Of a stretch of 54,998 nt of DNA, positions 26,040-38,227 are shown one piece after another. Source of the stretch: Malacoraja senta (Eukaryota); contig CM075989.1 in assembly GCA_038087875.1 (NCBI GenBank), positions 25,422,001 to 25,476,998 of the forward strand, given 5' to 3'. The position numbers and the translations under genes are program-made. Numbering within the stretch: position 1 is the stretch's first letter; the number at the start of each line of letters is the position of its first letter. Under the pieces are notes generated by a model. That model was not told where the DNA came from, searched no databases, and worked only from the letters and a program-made list of their open reading frames with translations.

Positions 26040-28250
26040 TCAGAATTCTTCATCGACACTTCCATCTTCACTTTTGCCTTCTAGAAGCAAGCATAACTTG
26101 GTTATTGGTCTTATTAAAACACTGTTTTTAGTTTGAAATCGTACCGTACGCACCAAACCCTTAACATCAGGCACGATTTCTAGTATTCTCCCCATCAGCC
26201 GAGAACCTCATGATGCTGTGGAATCAACCACCAACACAATGTCACCTGGAACAAAATTCCTTTTAATTCTTAACCATCGTTGTCATTCTTGGATCAAAGG
26301 CAAATACTCTTGTATACATCTCCTCGAAAAAAGATTTGCCATATATTTTACTTGTTTCCATCTGCGTCTCATATACAAGTCTTCTTTTACAAAAATCCCA
26401 GGTGGTAGTGTTGGATTGGTCTTCAGCAGAATATGATTTGGTGTAAGTACTTCTACGTCTTTCGGGTCATCAGAATTCTTAGTAATAGGTCGATTATTTA
26501 AAATTGCTTCAACTTCACAAAACAAAGTCTGTAATCCTTCGTCATCTAGAATTTGTTGTTTAAGAACAGAGCGCAGCACATTTCGTACCATGCGAATGAA
26601 CCGTTCCCACATGCCACCATGATGAGAACACTTCGGAGGGTTAAAGTTTCATCTTATTCCTTGATGAAGCATAGTTTTCTGGATTTTATCCTGATTTAAG
26701 CTTTTAAGCGCCTTCTTTAGTTCTCTTTCCACTCCAACAAAATTTGAACCGTTATCTGATCTTAACGATGAAACTTGACCTCGTCGACAGATAAATCTCC
26801 TTAATGCATGAATACAGGAGCCTGTGTCAAGCGTAGATGCAACTTCAAGATGCACTGCTCTACTTGCCATACAAGTGAAGATCACACCATACCTTTTCAC
26901 AAAGTCTTGTCCTCTTTTAAACTCTATAGGACCGAAATAATCCACCCCCACATCTGTAAACGGAGGTTTATCCAGTGTGATCCTTTCTAGAGGTAACTCT
27001 GCCATCTTCTGTACACCAAATCTCCCACGTGCACAATACAATATTTTATTATTTTTCTTGCGGCGGAATTAGCCTTGATAACCCAATATTTTTAACAAAG
27101 CTGGGATAACATATAATTTCTTCCTCCATGTCCAATCCGTTCATGAATATGTCACAATAATAGTGTCGATATGTAAAAGTCCTTCGAGAGAATAATAGGG
27201 TGTTTAGCATCTTCAGGCATTGCCAATTTATTTAGGCGACCTCCCATCCTCAGAAGTCCTTCCTCCAATACTGGGTCAAACTTGTACAATTGACTGTCTC
27301 TTTTTACCCCATGTACTACAGCTTCTAATGTTGATATCTCTTCTTTATATTTCTGTCTTTGACAGAACGAGATAATCGTATTTTCCGCCTTGAGGAGATC
27401 ATCAAGACGTAAATCCTGTACGCCATATGATGCCTTAAACTTGCATCTGGCTTCCAACCTTTTTCTTCCGTATATCAGGATCTTCTTCAAGGATACTTTC
27501 AGTAATCCGTCTTCTTTTCCGAGCAAACAGTAATAATCTTGTTTTTAGTTTAAGAAACCAGGCTACTGCAGTTATCAATTTATTTTATGATGAAAAGTGG
27601 GTAATTAAATCATTTATGGTATTTGATGAATCTTTAGCAATTACGTTCACCGTAAAACGTTGTTTAATTTCCGGATCATTAGCAGAGATTTCACATCCCA
27701 GTTCAAGTTTTGGCCATTCTCTGTTTGACTTACAGAGAAACTCTGGTCCATTGATCCTCTCTTGTTGCTTAAGAAGCAGTTTGCTGTCAGCCCTCTAGAG
27801 GCTTGATCTGCAGGATTTTCTTTTGTGTTAACCTATTTCCATTGTGAAACATTAGTAGCTCCCAATACAATAGAGACTCTATTCGCTACAAATGTCATAA
27901 AGCGTTTGTTTTCATTATTGAAGTATACAAGTACCGTAGTGCTATCGGTCCAGAAGATAGATTCTTCCAGTTGAAGCTGTAGTTCCTTTTGCATCATTAT
28001 GTCAACTTTAACAGCCAAGACTGCCGCAGTAAGTTCCATTCTGGGAATTGTCATTTGTTTCAATGGTGCCACTCTGGCTTTTCCCATCAAGAATGCAACA
28101 TGTATTTCATTGTTATCATTTTCCAGTCTTAAATACGAAACAGTACCATAGCCACTTTCACTGGCATCTGAGAAATTATGCAACTGTGCACTTCTGATTT
28201 TACCAAAGCTTTTAGGCTTTATGCACCAGTCCACCTTGAATTTTGAAATC
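26040..28250 (-). pseudogene. BEL/Pao pol C-terminal part (RNase H region, integrase, DUF5641-like tail), disrupted
   Basis: QLHNFSDASESGYG, KARVAPLK..TIPRMELTAA, FWTDS, GVDYFGP, RAVHLE, SDNGSNF, LNNRP, RPITKLCLL; stop at 26040-26042. Confidence 0.92.
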
Positions 28251-29566
28251 ATTGGACAAAGTCAGCATGGATTTACGAACGGTAAATCATGTCTGACGAA
28301 TCTTATAGAATTTTTCGAGGATGTAACTAGTAGAGTGGATAGGGGAGAACCAGTGGATGTGTTGTATCTGGACTTTCAGAAGGCTTTCGACAAGGTACCA
28401 CATAAGAGATTAATATACAAACTTAAAGCACACGGTATTGGGGGTTCAGTATTGATGTGGATAGAGAACTGGCTGGCAAACAGGAAGCAAAGAGTAGGAG
28501 TAAACGGGTCCTTTTCACAATGGCAGGCAGTGACTAGTGGGGTACCGCAAGGCTCAGTGCTGGAACCCCAGCTATTTACAATTTATATTAATGAGCTGGA
28601 TGAGGGAATTGAAGGCAACATCTCCAAGTTTGCGGATGACACTAAGCTGGGGGGCAGTGTTAGCTGTGAGGAGGATGCTAGGAGACTGCAAGGTGACTTG
28701 GATAGGCTGGGTGAGTGGGCAAATGTTTGGCAGATGCAGTATAATGTGGATAAATGTGAGGTTATCCACTTTGGTGGCAAAAACAGGAAAGCAGACTATT
28801 AACTAAATGGCGGCCGATTAGGAAAAGGGGAGATGCAGCGAGACCTGGGTGTCATGGTACACCAGTCATTGAAAGTAGGCATGCAGGTGCAGCAGGCATT
28901 GAAGAAAGCTAATGGTATGTTAGCTTTCATAGCAAAAGGATTTGAGTATAGGAGCAGGGAGGTTCTACTGCAGTTGTACAGGGTCTTGGTGAGACCACAC
29001 CTGGAGTATTGCATACAGTTTTGGTCTCCAAATCTGAGGAAGGACATTATAGCCATAGAGGGAGTGCAGAGAAGGTTCACCAGACTGATTCCTGGGATGT
29101 CATGACTTTCATATGAAGAAAGACTGGATAGACTCGGCTTATACTCGCTAGAATTTAGGAGATTGAGAGGGGATCTTATAGAAACTTACAAAATTCTTAT
29201 GGGGTTGGACAGGCTAGATGCAGGAAGATTGTTCCCGATGTTGGGGAAGTCCAGGACAAGGGGTCACAGCTTAAGGATAAGGGGGAAATCCTTTAAGACC
29301 GAGATGAGAAAAAACGTTTTCACACAGAGAGTGGTGAATCTCTGGAACTCTCTGCCACAGACGGTAGTTGAGGCCAGTTCATTGGCTATATTTAAGAGGG
29401 AGTTAGATGTGGCCCTTGTGGCTAAAGGGATCAGGGGGTATGGAGAGAAGGCAGGTACGGGATACTGAGTTGGATGATCAGCCATGATCATATTGAATGG
29501 CTGTGCAGGCTCGAAGGGCCGAATGGCCTACTCCTGCAACTATTTTCTATGTATCTATGTATCTAT
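28244..29566 (+). mobile_element. Young 5'-truncated CR1 replacing the 5' half of the BEL element
   Basis: SQHGF..SCLTNL through GEKAGTGY*; (TATCTATG)n tail. Confidence 0.95.
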
Positions 29567-29959
29567 GAATACGTCATAAATCCCACCCACATAATAACGG
29601 GCAGTCTAAAATTTAAAGGCACATGCCATAATTAATGACACAAAATAAGCCAAATGGCCACTACAAGAGGTTATGTAACGTCTTTTTAAAACACTGTAAA
29701 AAGTTCACTCACCTTTGCAAATAGGTCTCAGACATATAATTGGATTACTATTCCTATTGCAACTCAGCAACTTCAGGAAGGTTCGTAAGGTTCCAGGGAG
29801 AGTACAGAAGTTATTTGGTCAGATATTTGCAGGTTTGAGGGAATTCAGCTGCAAGGTTAGACTGAGATTCTCCATGATGCAATGAAAGTTCAGAGGAGAT
29901 TTGGGGTCTACAACAATTAGAGTTACGAAGGATAACTCCCCTTTTCATTCACACACGAA

Positions 29960-30730
29960 CTTTTCTAACCTGTCCTCCTCCATTGCCACAGGCAAACTGG
30001 AAGAACAGCACCTCATATTCCATGGGTAGCTTATGACCCAATGGTATGATCCAATTGAAGTAATTCCCCCCCCTCCCATTCCTTCTCTCTTTCCTGTGCA
30101 CCTGGCACACCCTGGTGTCCAGCCATTTCTCCCATTATGCCACCCCCTCTTCTACATTCCCCCTGTCTCCTTCTACCTACATCTCTCCCCCAGTTTTACA
30201 TTTCACTGCTCTTCTCTATCTGACATCCTTTTTTTCCCCGTTTTATCTCTCACCTTTGTCACTTGCACCACCCATCTGCCATTTAAATCCCCATGTAGAC
30301 ACAAAATGCTGGAGTAACTCAGTGGGACAGGCAGCATCTGTGGAGAGAAGGAATGGGTGATGTTTCAGCGTTTCGGGTCGTGACGTTTCGGGTCGAGGGG
30401 AAGAAGGGTCTCGACCCGAAACGTCACCAATTCCTTCTCTCCAGAAATGCTGCTTGTCTCGCTGAGTTATTCCAGTATTTTGTGTCTACCTTTGATTTAA
30501 ACCAGCATCTGCATTTCTTTCCTACACATTTAAATATCCCCCCATTACTTGCCATTCTTGTCTCACCTCCCCCTTTTTTGCTAGCTTTTTCTGCTTAGAA
30601 TCAGTCTAAAGGAGGGTCCCAAGCCAAAACATTGTCTGAACTTTCCTTCTACAGATGCTGCCTGACCCACTTAGTTACTCTAGCACTTTGTGATTTGCTC
30701 AAGATTCCAGCTGTTCTTTGTGTCTCCATT
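29960..30730 (+). mobile_element. Penelope-like 3' fragment with nested palindromic pLTR-derived repeat
   Basis: KLEEQHLIF..G(S)L-PNGM GIY-YIG-like C-terminal remnant; inverted repeat 30295-30489; degenerate GAAGAAGGGTCTCGACCCGAAACGTC core. Confidence 0.65.
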
Positions 30731-32077
30731 TGCAAATTATCTTTGGCTACTGGTATGATTTTGGAGGAATGAAAGATGGTGATACAATCTATTAAAGTAG
30801 GAGAAAGAAATGTACTCTGCTGGCAAGAGAGTGTTAACATGTTTAGTGGACACACTTCTAGAGAGAATCCTGTAGGGCAACACAAATTATTGTTTAATTA
30901 TTGTTCAAAGAGGCACAGTTTCATTGATGCAAGATCACAACCCAAAACATCAGGCTGCTGATCTGCGAAGTTCCTCCAGCAGTTTGTTTTTGCTCTAGAT
31001 TACCACATGTTTAGTTTCTTATGTCTCCATTGTTTAATTAAGTTCAGTCAGCATTTGACAAGGAATGATCATGTCTGAAAAGGACACAAAGTGATGGAAT
31101 AACTCAATGAGTCAGGTAGCATCTCTGGAGAACATGGGTTACTCCAGCACTTTATGTCCTTTTGTGTATTAACCACATCTGCAGTTCATTGTTTCTACAA
31201 TGATCTTGTTTGAGAAGATCACAAAGAGATTCATCAAGGTAGGGCAGACACAATGTGGTTTACACATTGGCAAGTGGCAGACGAAAGTCCAACATAGGAT
31301 GGGAAATTGGATTTATCTTGGGGAGGACAAACAGGCCAAGGGAATACGTGGCGTACTGTATGTTTAAGACCGGTTTGCAAAGGTGAGTGCAACTTTTTAC
31401 TGACTGAGGATTTGTAGCTACATTATGTAAAGGTCAGGATTAAAAGTTTGCCAATGTAACCACAATGGCCCTTACATTGTTAGTGAGGAAGAAAGGCTTA
31501 GGTTGCTGGAAGCCAGCAGGGGACCGAGGTTAGTCAGTACTGAGATGTTAATCCTCACTAACCTCCAGTCATTCTGTATTTATTTTACTCCTTTTTAAAC
31601 GATTCAATCAGTGACCTCCACCTCCAGATAAAATCACATCAAAATCTGCCACCTTTTAGCACACACTCCACTAGTTTGAAGATATGAGAATTGCATGTGT
31701 GTCAGCTTACAGTGAGTTGTTTGAAGAACAAATGAGCATCTTGCTTGCAGCCGAGTAGAGCAGGCATTTGTGCATCTGTTGACAGATGGATCTTGGCAAG
31801 CCCTTTGTAATGGTTTCACCTCGGAACGTCACAATACACACTGCAATACAATGCAAGAACACTGCAGTGCAGCACTCTATTACACTACCATAACATTGTG
31901 GTCCACTGCGTTACAACATCGTAGCACTGCAGGATAGGTCGATATGACAAACCATATCGCTGCAGTACAGTACTATATTGCCATATTACAACTCTGCAAT
32001 AACACTGGAGTGCACTTTAATGCGAGGCCCCAAAACTGCAGTACACTACTATATTGCAGTAGCATTACACGGCTGTA

Positions 32078-32478
32078 TTACACAGCTCTTTGTAACGGAT
32101 TTCGGTTATAGTGGACGGTCCAAGTGACGGCTGCCAAAGCTACCCCCGACCCGCGCCTCCTCCCCGCCCCGAGGGCCGCAATCCTCGCCTCTGCCCGGCT
32201 ACCAGCAGCTGGGTCGTTAACTCACCTGAATTCCAGGCCCAGTTCCGGACCGAGATCTTGACCTGAAACATCACCTATCCACATTCTCCAGAGATGCTGC
32301 CTGTCCTGCTGTGTTACTCCAGCACCTTGTGTCTATTTGTGCATTAACCAGTAACTACCGTTATTTGTTTCCATTATTTCTACAATGATAATACCTTACT
32401 CGGTTATAGCAGACAATCGGCAAGCAGAATCACCTCACTCCCCACCCCATGGTCCGTTACAACAATGGTTTACTGTAC
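32078..32478. mobile_element. Possible Tc1/mariner (Tigger-like) MITE with a nested repeat
   Basis: Ends TACA..TTGTAACGGA and GTCCGTTACAAC..TTTACTGTA; repeated CGGTTATAG motif. Confidence 0.4.
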
Positions 32479-33449
32479 CACCATACTGCAGTATAGCACT
32501 GCGTTACACTGGCACAACACTACAGTACTTTGTTACATTAGGATTATACTGGAGTATACCGAGTAAAAATCTGGAGTATACTCGAGTAAAAATCTAAACA
32601 TTGCAGTTTCTTCCATAGTGTGACACCCACAACTGCATGGAGCACTCCTGCTGTGGACAGACCAGTGCTTTCTATAGTTGGACCATAAACTCTCTGATCT
32701 TATTTTCTGTGCCTCTGCTGAGGACAAGTATCTCACTACTTTTGGCGATTCTTACACAAGTGTACCTAGGTCCCACTATTCCTCAGTACTTCCTAGGGGA
32801 ACCATTCATTACATATTTCTAGCATTATTATTCCTTTCAAAATATACTATCCCATGTCTTTAATGATTAAGTTCCATCTGCCATTTCTCTGGTCATCTAA
32901 CTTATTAATATCACAAACTATCCTGACTTTCAACACCACCACCAATTTTCATGTCATCTGTGCCTGACTAAATATACCTCCTGCATTCACATGCACATCA
33001 TCCCTTTGGTACTTATGTGTCACAGGATGCCGATCACAAACAGCCCGCTGTCACCCTTGGTCTCATGTTATGGAGCCAATTTCAGATCCAACTTGCCAAG
33101 CATACCATTGGCCTCTTCAGGGTCAGCCACCCACATAGAACTTTGTTAAAGGTTTATTGAAGTTCATCAACCACACCACACTCATTGACAATTTTAATTA
33201 CCCTTTCAGAAATTCTATTAGATTAGACAGGGATTCCCATTAAAAAAGTTCTGATGATGATGATCCTTGACTAATCCCTAGCATTTCAATTTAAAATGAA
33301 TCCATTCCCATTATAACATATTGCAGCACCACATTTCAGTACATACTACAACAGAATACAGTGTACTTTACATTAGAGCACCACAAGGATGTGAAAGCTG
33401 TATAAGGAATTTTAATTGAAATAATTAGGTGCATAAATGGCTTATTAAT

Positions 33450-33985
33450 TCATGTTCATAAGTTGTACGAGCAGAATTAGGCCATTCGGCCTATCGTCTA
33501 CCCCGCCATTCAATCATGACTGATCTATCGTTACCTCCCAATCCCATTCTCCTTCCTTATCCCCATAACCCCTGACACCCTCACTAATCAAGATTCTGTC
33601 AATCTCTGCCTTAAAAATATCCATTGATTTGGCCTCCACAGCCATCTGTGGCAATGAATTCCACAAATTCGCCATCCTCTGACTAAAGAAATTCCCCCTC
33701 ACATTATTTCTAAACGTATGTCCTTTTGTTCTGAGTCTATGGCCTCTGGTCCTAGACTCTCCCATTAGTGGAAACATCCTCTTCACATCCATTCTATCCA
33801 GGCCTTTCACTGTTTAGTAAGTTTCAATGAAGTCCCCCCTCATCTTCCAGCGAGTAAACGCTCATCGTGTGTAAACCCAATCATTCCTGGGATCAGTCTC
33901 AGTCTCCCAACCTGTCCAAGTCCTTGTGCAGAGTCCCTGCTTTCTCTAAACTACCTACTGTAGTGGGAACTATCTTTGTATCATG
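33450..33985 (-). mobile_element. Degenerate CR1 3' end
   Basis: MKGLDR..SRTRGH..FFSQR..NLWNSLPQ. Confidence 0.8.
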
Positions 33986-34009
33986 GTTTTTGATTTCTCC
34001 TTCCTCTAG

Positions 34010-34177
<168 letters not shown>

Positions 34178-34514
34178 TAGAGAAAGAACCTTTCTGGGGA
34201 CATCTTTGCTGATTTTCGACCAACATGATCCAACCAACCCCACGAGAAGTCTGAGTGAGAAACTCTTGCTGCATTGTGACTAGTTTGAGAGACCGCTGGA
34301 TTGTTGTTGATAGTTTTGAAGACAGTGGGAGAGCAGCCATCTTGCTCAAAGCAAGAATCAACTTTTGTTTTAATCGACGGGAAGAAGTTGAGTGTGTTTT
34401 TTAATGTTGCTGATTGTGGAGGAGGTACATTAGTTTGAAGCATTCCAGAGAGGAGCAGCAGCAAGCAGGAAGTGTAAAGAGGAGTTGTTGGAAACACAAA
34501 GGAGGCAGGGTGGA

Positions 34515-35829
34515 TCACCCGATGTGCTGTAGCTGTATGATGTGGGAGCTGGTGGACCCCTTGTGGTTCCTGGTGACCACATCTACAATAAGAGTTGGTT
34601 GATTGAAGAACACAGCCTCAAAGTTGACGACCTGGAGTCTGAGCTTCAAACACTGAGGCACATCAGGGATGGGGAGAATTACTTGGACGCTGTGTTTCTA
34701 GAGGTAGTCACACCGATTAGAGTAACTGCTTCCAACGTGGTCCGTGGTCAGGAGGAGGATGTGATTGTAAGTGAGGTAGGCAAGGAAATAGAGGTAAGGG
34801 CAGTGTTAAAGGAACCCCAGCCCTTGAGCTTGTCAGGTGGGTCTGAGATTCTTGATCCCTGTGTAGGAAGGATGAGCAATCTAACCAGGGCATCATGATT
34901 CGGGGGGGGGGGGGGGGCATTCAAGAGGGGAGAGAGGGAAGAAAAGCATAGTTGTCATTTGGGATAGTATAGTTTGGGGAGTAGACACTATTCTCTGTCA
35001 CGAGGATCGGGAGTCCCAAAGGTTGTGTTGCCTGCCTGATGCTGGGTTCGGGACCTCTCTTCTAAGCTATAGAGGAACTTGGAGTGGTAGGGAAAATATC
35101 TAGTTTGGACTACTCCAAATGTGATGATCTACTGGACATTCTTAATGGGAAAGTAGTGGGCAGAAAGGCATGTCATGCATGGTTTGAGGAGCAAAAACCT
35201 GTAGTTTACAATGCCAAAATTGATAAGTTGAGAATAAACAAGGTGCACAGAGTTGCTTATTGGTTATTGGAGTATGATGATGCGACTGATGATATGCCAA
35301 TGTACCAGCTAGCAACTGATCTTCTCCATAAAGTCTTGGTCTATTGCTAGAAATTGTAATTTATTGTGGGTATATGTGGGTACCAATGACATAGGTAGAA
35401 TGAGGAAAAGGGTTCTGCTAAGGGAATTTGAGCAGCTAGGGGCTAAATTGAAAAGTAGAACCAAAAAGGAAATAATTTCTGGATTGCTACCTGAGCCACA
35501 AGCAAATTGGCACAGGGTTGAGAACATTAAAGAGTTGAACGTGTGGCTCAAAGATTGGTGTGGAAGAAGTGGTTTAAATTTGTGGGATATTGGCACCAAT
35601 ATTGGGGAAGGGGGGAGCTGTTCTCAACGTGACCCGGCTGGGACCTGGGTCCTGACAAACTACATAACCAGAACTAAATAGTGGGGAGGGGGTCATCAAA
35701 TTGGAAATGTGTGGATGAAGTAAAGGGAAGGAGAGTGCAGGAGAGGCTACAGAGTTTGTCGAGCATAAGGCGACCGTGGCTGACAAGGGAAGTCAAAGAC
35801 AGCATAAATCTAAAAGAGAAGGCATATAA
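34515..35829 (+). mobile_element. Old CR1 (ORF1 zinc finger and SGNH esterase, start of ORF2), continuing at 37734-38222 and 42139-42520
   Basis: CCSCMMWE, WDSIV, VYVGTNDIGR, IISGLLPEP, PWLTREVK; interrupted by three younger insertions. Confidence 0.8.
35104..35365 (+). repeat. Dispersed duplicate of 36975-37242 (transposon coding exon fragment)
   Basis: Near-identical sequence with a net 6-nt deletion. Confidence 0.95.
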
Positions 35830-37733
35830 TAACGATGTTACAAAACCTACCTTCAGCGGCGCTCCAGATCTGCCACTGGCTGTGCGTTCGACTCCAGAGC
35901 CTTTGAGGGGGGGGGGGGGGATTAAAATGCAGGTTTGTATTGCTTGTCGGAGAGGGATTTCCTCGGGCTGCCAGTTGATGAAGAAAAATCGATCGGACTT
36001 CCGTTCCGGGTTTTTTTTTGTTTTTGTTTTAAAAAAATTAAAAAAATCGCTGGACAATTTAATCGCTGGATTAAAGTAAAAAGCGACTTCTAACGCCCTC
36101 AACACCTTCAACGTCACAGATCGCAATATCAGGACAAAACAAAAGGTACGTCGTTTATTTCACATATAATCTTGCTTCTTCGGGTGGCTTTAGTTTAATT
36201 TTATGATGGGAAAATGTTATTTAGTCCCCATACGAGTCGGCCGTGTCTTGCCTGCCGATATGGGCTTAACATTCACGGCAACGGCAACGTTCCAATCGAT
36301 CACATTCCAGAAACACCCACTCTCAAGATGATTAAAATTCTCTATTTTTTGGGACAATCATGTCATAAGAACATCTAAATCATCTATATTTTGTGTTATT
36401 GTCTATCCATAATCAATATTTTTATACTAAATATCCACAACAGTTTTAGTCACATGCATTGTGCAAAAAATAATAATTTTGATTATATTGAGAGTGGATG
36501 TTTCTAGATTAATTTATGGGAATTAAACATTAAATTCCTTCCATTTGGCAAATAAGTTCATGACAGTGAGATTTAAAAATCATGTTATATTGTGAATTCT
36601 TGTGTGAATGGGATCAGTTTGTTATTTGGATACTTAGGCTATTTAAAAATGTTAGCCTTTTCTTAAGAAATGGATTGATGTTTAGATCTAGTAATTAAAT
36701 TTAGATGAATTGATTAGATGAATTTAATTGATTTGATGAAACTAATGAATATGAATTTTTTGTTGGGTATTTACTATTTGTTTTAGCGTTTAGCTTTATC
36801 ATTTCTACCTTTTTTCTAAAACTGCAAATAATAACTTGTTTCTGTTAATGCTGTTCAGTGTTTCTTTTCCTTTATATTTTAAACAGATGTCTCCGAAGAA
36901 GAAATGCAAAATTGTCAATTCAAATGCCCAGCAAAAGAGACTGATTTAGACAGCATTCGCAGAGATTATCCGAATTTGGACTACTCCAAATGTGATGATC
37001 TACTGGACATTCTTAATGGGAAAGTAGTGGGCAGAAAGGCATGTCATGCATGGTTTGAAGAGCAAAAACCTGTAGTTTACAATGCCAAAATTGATAAGTT
37101 GAGAATAAACAAGGTGCACAGAGTTGCTTATTGGTTACAATCTGAGGAGTATGATGATGCGACTGATGATATGCCAATGTACCAGCTAGCAACTGATCTT
37201 CTCCATAAAGTCTTGGTCTATTGCTAGAAATTGTAATTTATTTACCTATCTGTTACGGACTTACAGCATATAATACAATAATATTAAAGTTCTGATCTTG
37301 AGAATATCATATTTTTGAATTTTCAAGGCAGTCTGGGTGTTACTATTTCCATGACAACGGTCAATTTTGTAATTAGCTACAATTAGGTAACTAACTAATT
37401 ATATGCTTTAATTTCAGGTCATCCAAGTAAGATGTTTTATATTTGTTTCAGAATGCTTCAATCTATAATTACTGAAAATTTCATTCAGTTTTCTTAATTT
37501 TTAAGAAAGCTATGGGCTTTTGACTGTCCTCGATCACAGCTTTTGTGTTAAGTCAATGGAAAAGCAATAGGGAACAAGATGCAAATTTCCGAGTATGAAA
37601 ATGGCCATAACATTTTTAATACTGAAGATATGAAAGTGAATTAGGTGTCAAATTAAAGTTCTTTTTATGCTTTATCTGATGGGATAAATTACAGGCTTGA
37701 TTTTTAAATTCTCAAAATTTTGTAACATTCCTA
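35830..37733 (+). mobile_element. Non-autonomous DNA transposon (hAT-like?) with 7-bp TSD
   Basis: TSD CATATAA (35823-35829 and 37734-37740); imperfect TIRs TAACGATGTTACAAAA and TTTTGTAACATTCCTA; the host CR1 reads through once the element is removed. Confidence 0.85.
36887..37227 (+). pseudogene. Transposon-borne terminal exon encoding a Spindlin/Tudor-like domain
   Basis: Strong acceptor tttcttttcctttatattttaaacag, frame open to TAG; VVGRKACHAWFEEQKPV...MYQLATDL resembles Spin/Ssty repeats (by eye). Confidence 0.55.
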
Positions 37734-38227
37734 CATATAACATTACAAACATTAGTGGGAAGCTAGAGAATTTGGAAGCTTTTAAAAACCAACTGAAGGT
37801 AACTAAAAAGGCAATACGTGGAGAAGAGGAAATATGAAATTAAGCAAGCCAATAATATAGCAAAAATTTCCTCAGATATATTACGAGTAAGAAGGAGGCA
37901 AGAGTGGACATGAGAGTGCTGGAAAATGATGCTGGAGAAGTGATAATGGGGATTAAAGAAATGGCAGATGAATTCAAACTTTTTTTTGCATCAGTCTTCA
38001 CAATGGAAGACAACAGCAACGTGCCTGAAATTCAAGAGCGTCAGAGGGTGAACGTGAGTGAAGTGTCTATTACTAAGGAGAAGGTGCTTGGGAAGCTGAA
38101 AGGTCTGAGTTGGATAAGTCACCTGGACCGAATGGCCTGCACCCCAGGCTTCTGGTAGAGGTGGCTTTAGAGATTGTGGAGACATTAGATGTGATCTTTC
38201 AAGAATCACTCCAATCACTCCAATCAG

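Larger units (their letters stand above)
25371..29665 (-). mobile_element. BEL/Pao LTR retrotransposon, partially deleted
   Basis: 5-bp TSD AGAGG (25366-25370 and 29666-29670); TG..CA termini; complete 3' LTR 25371-25851; 5' LTR remnant 29567-29665; PPT-like AGGGGGCCGGTA adjacent to the 3' LTR. Confidence 0.93.
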
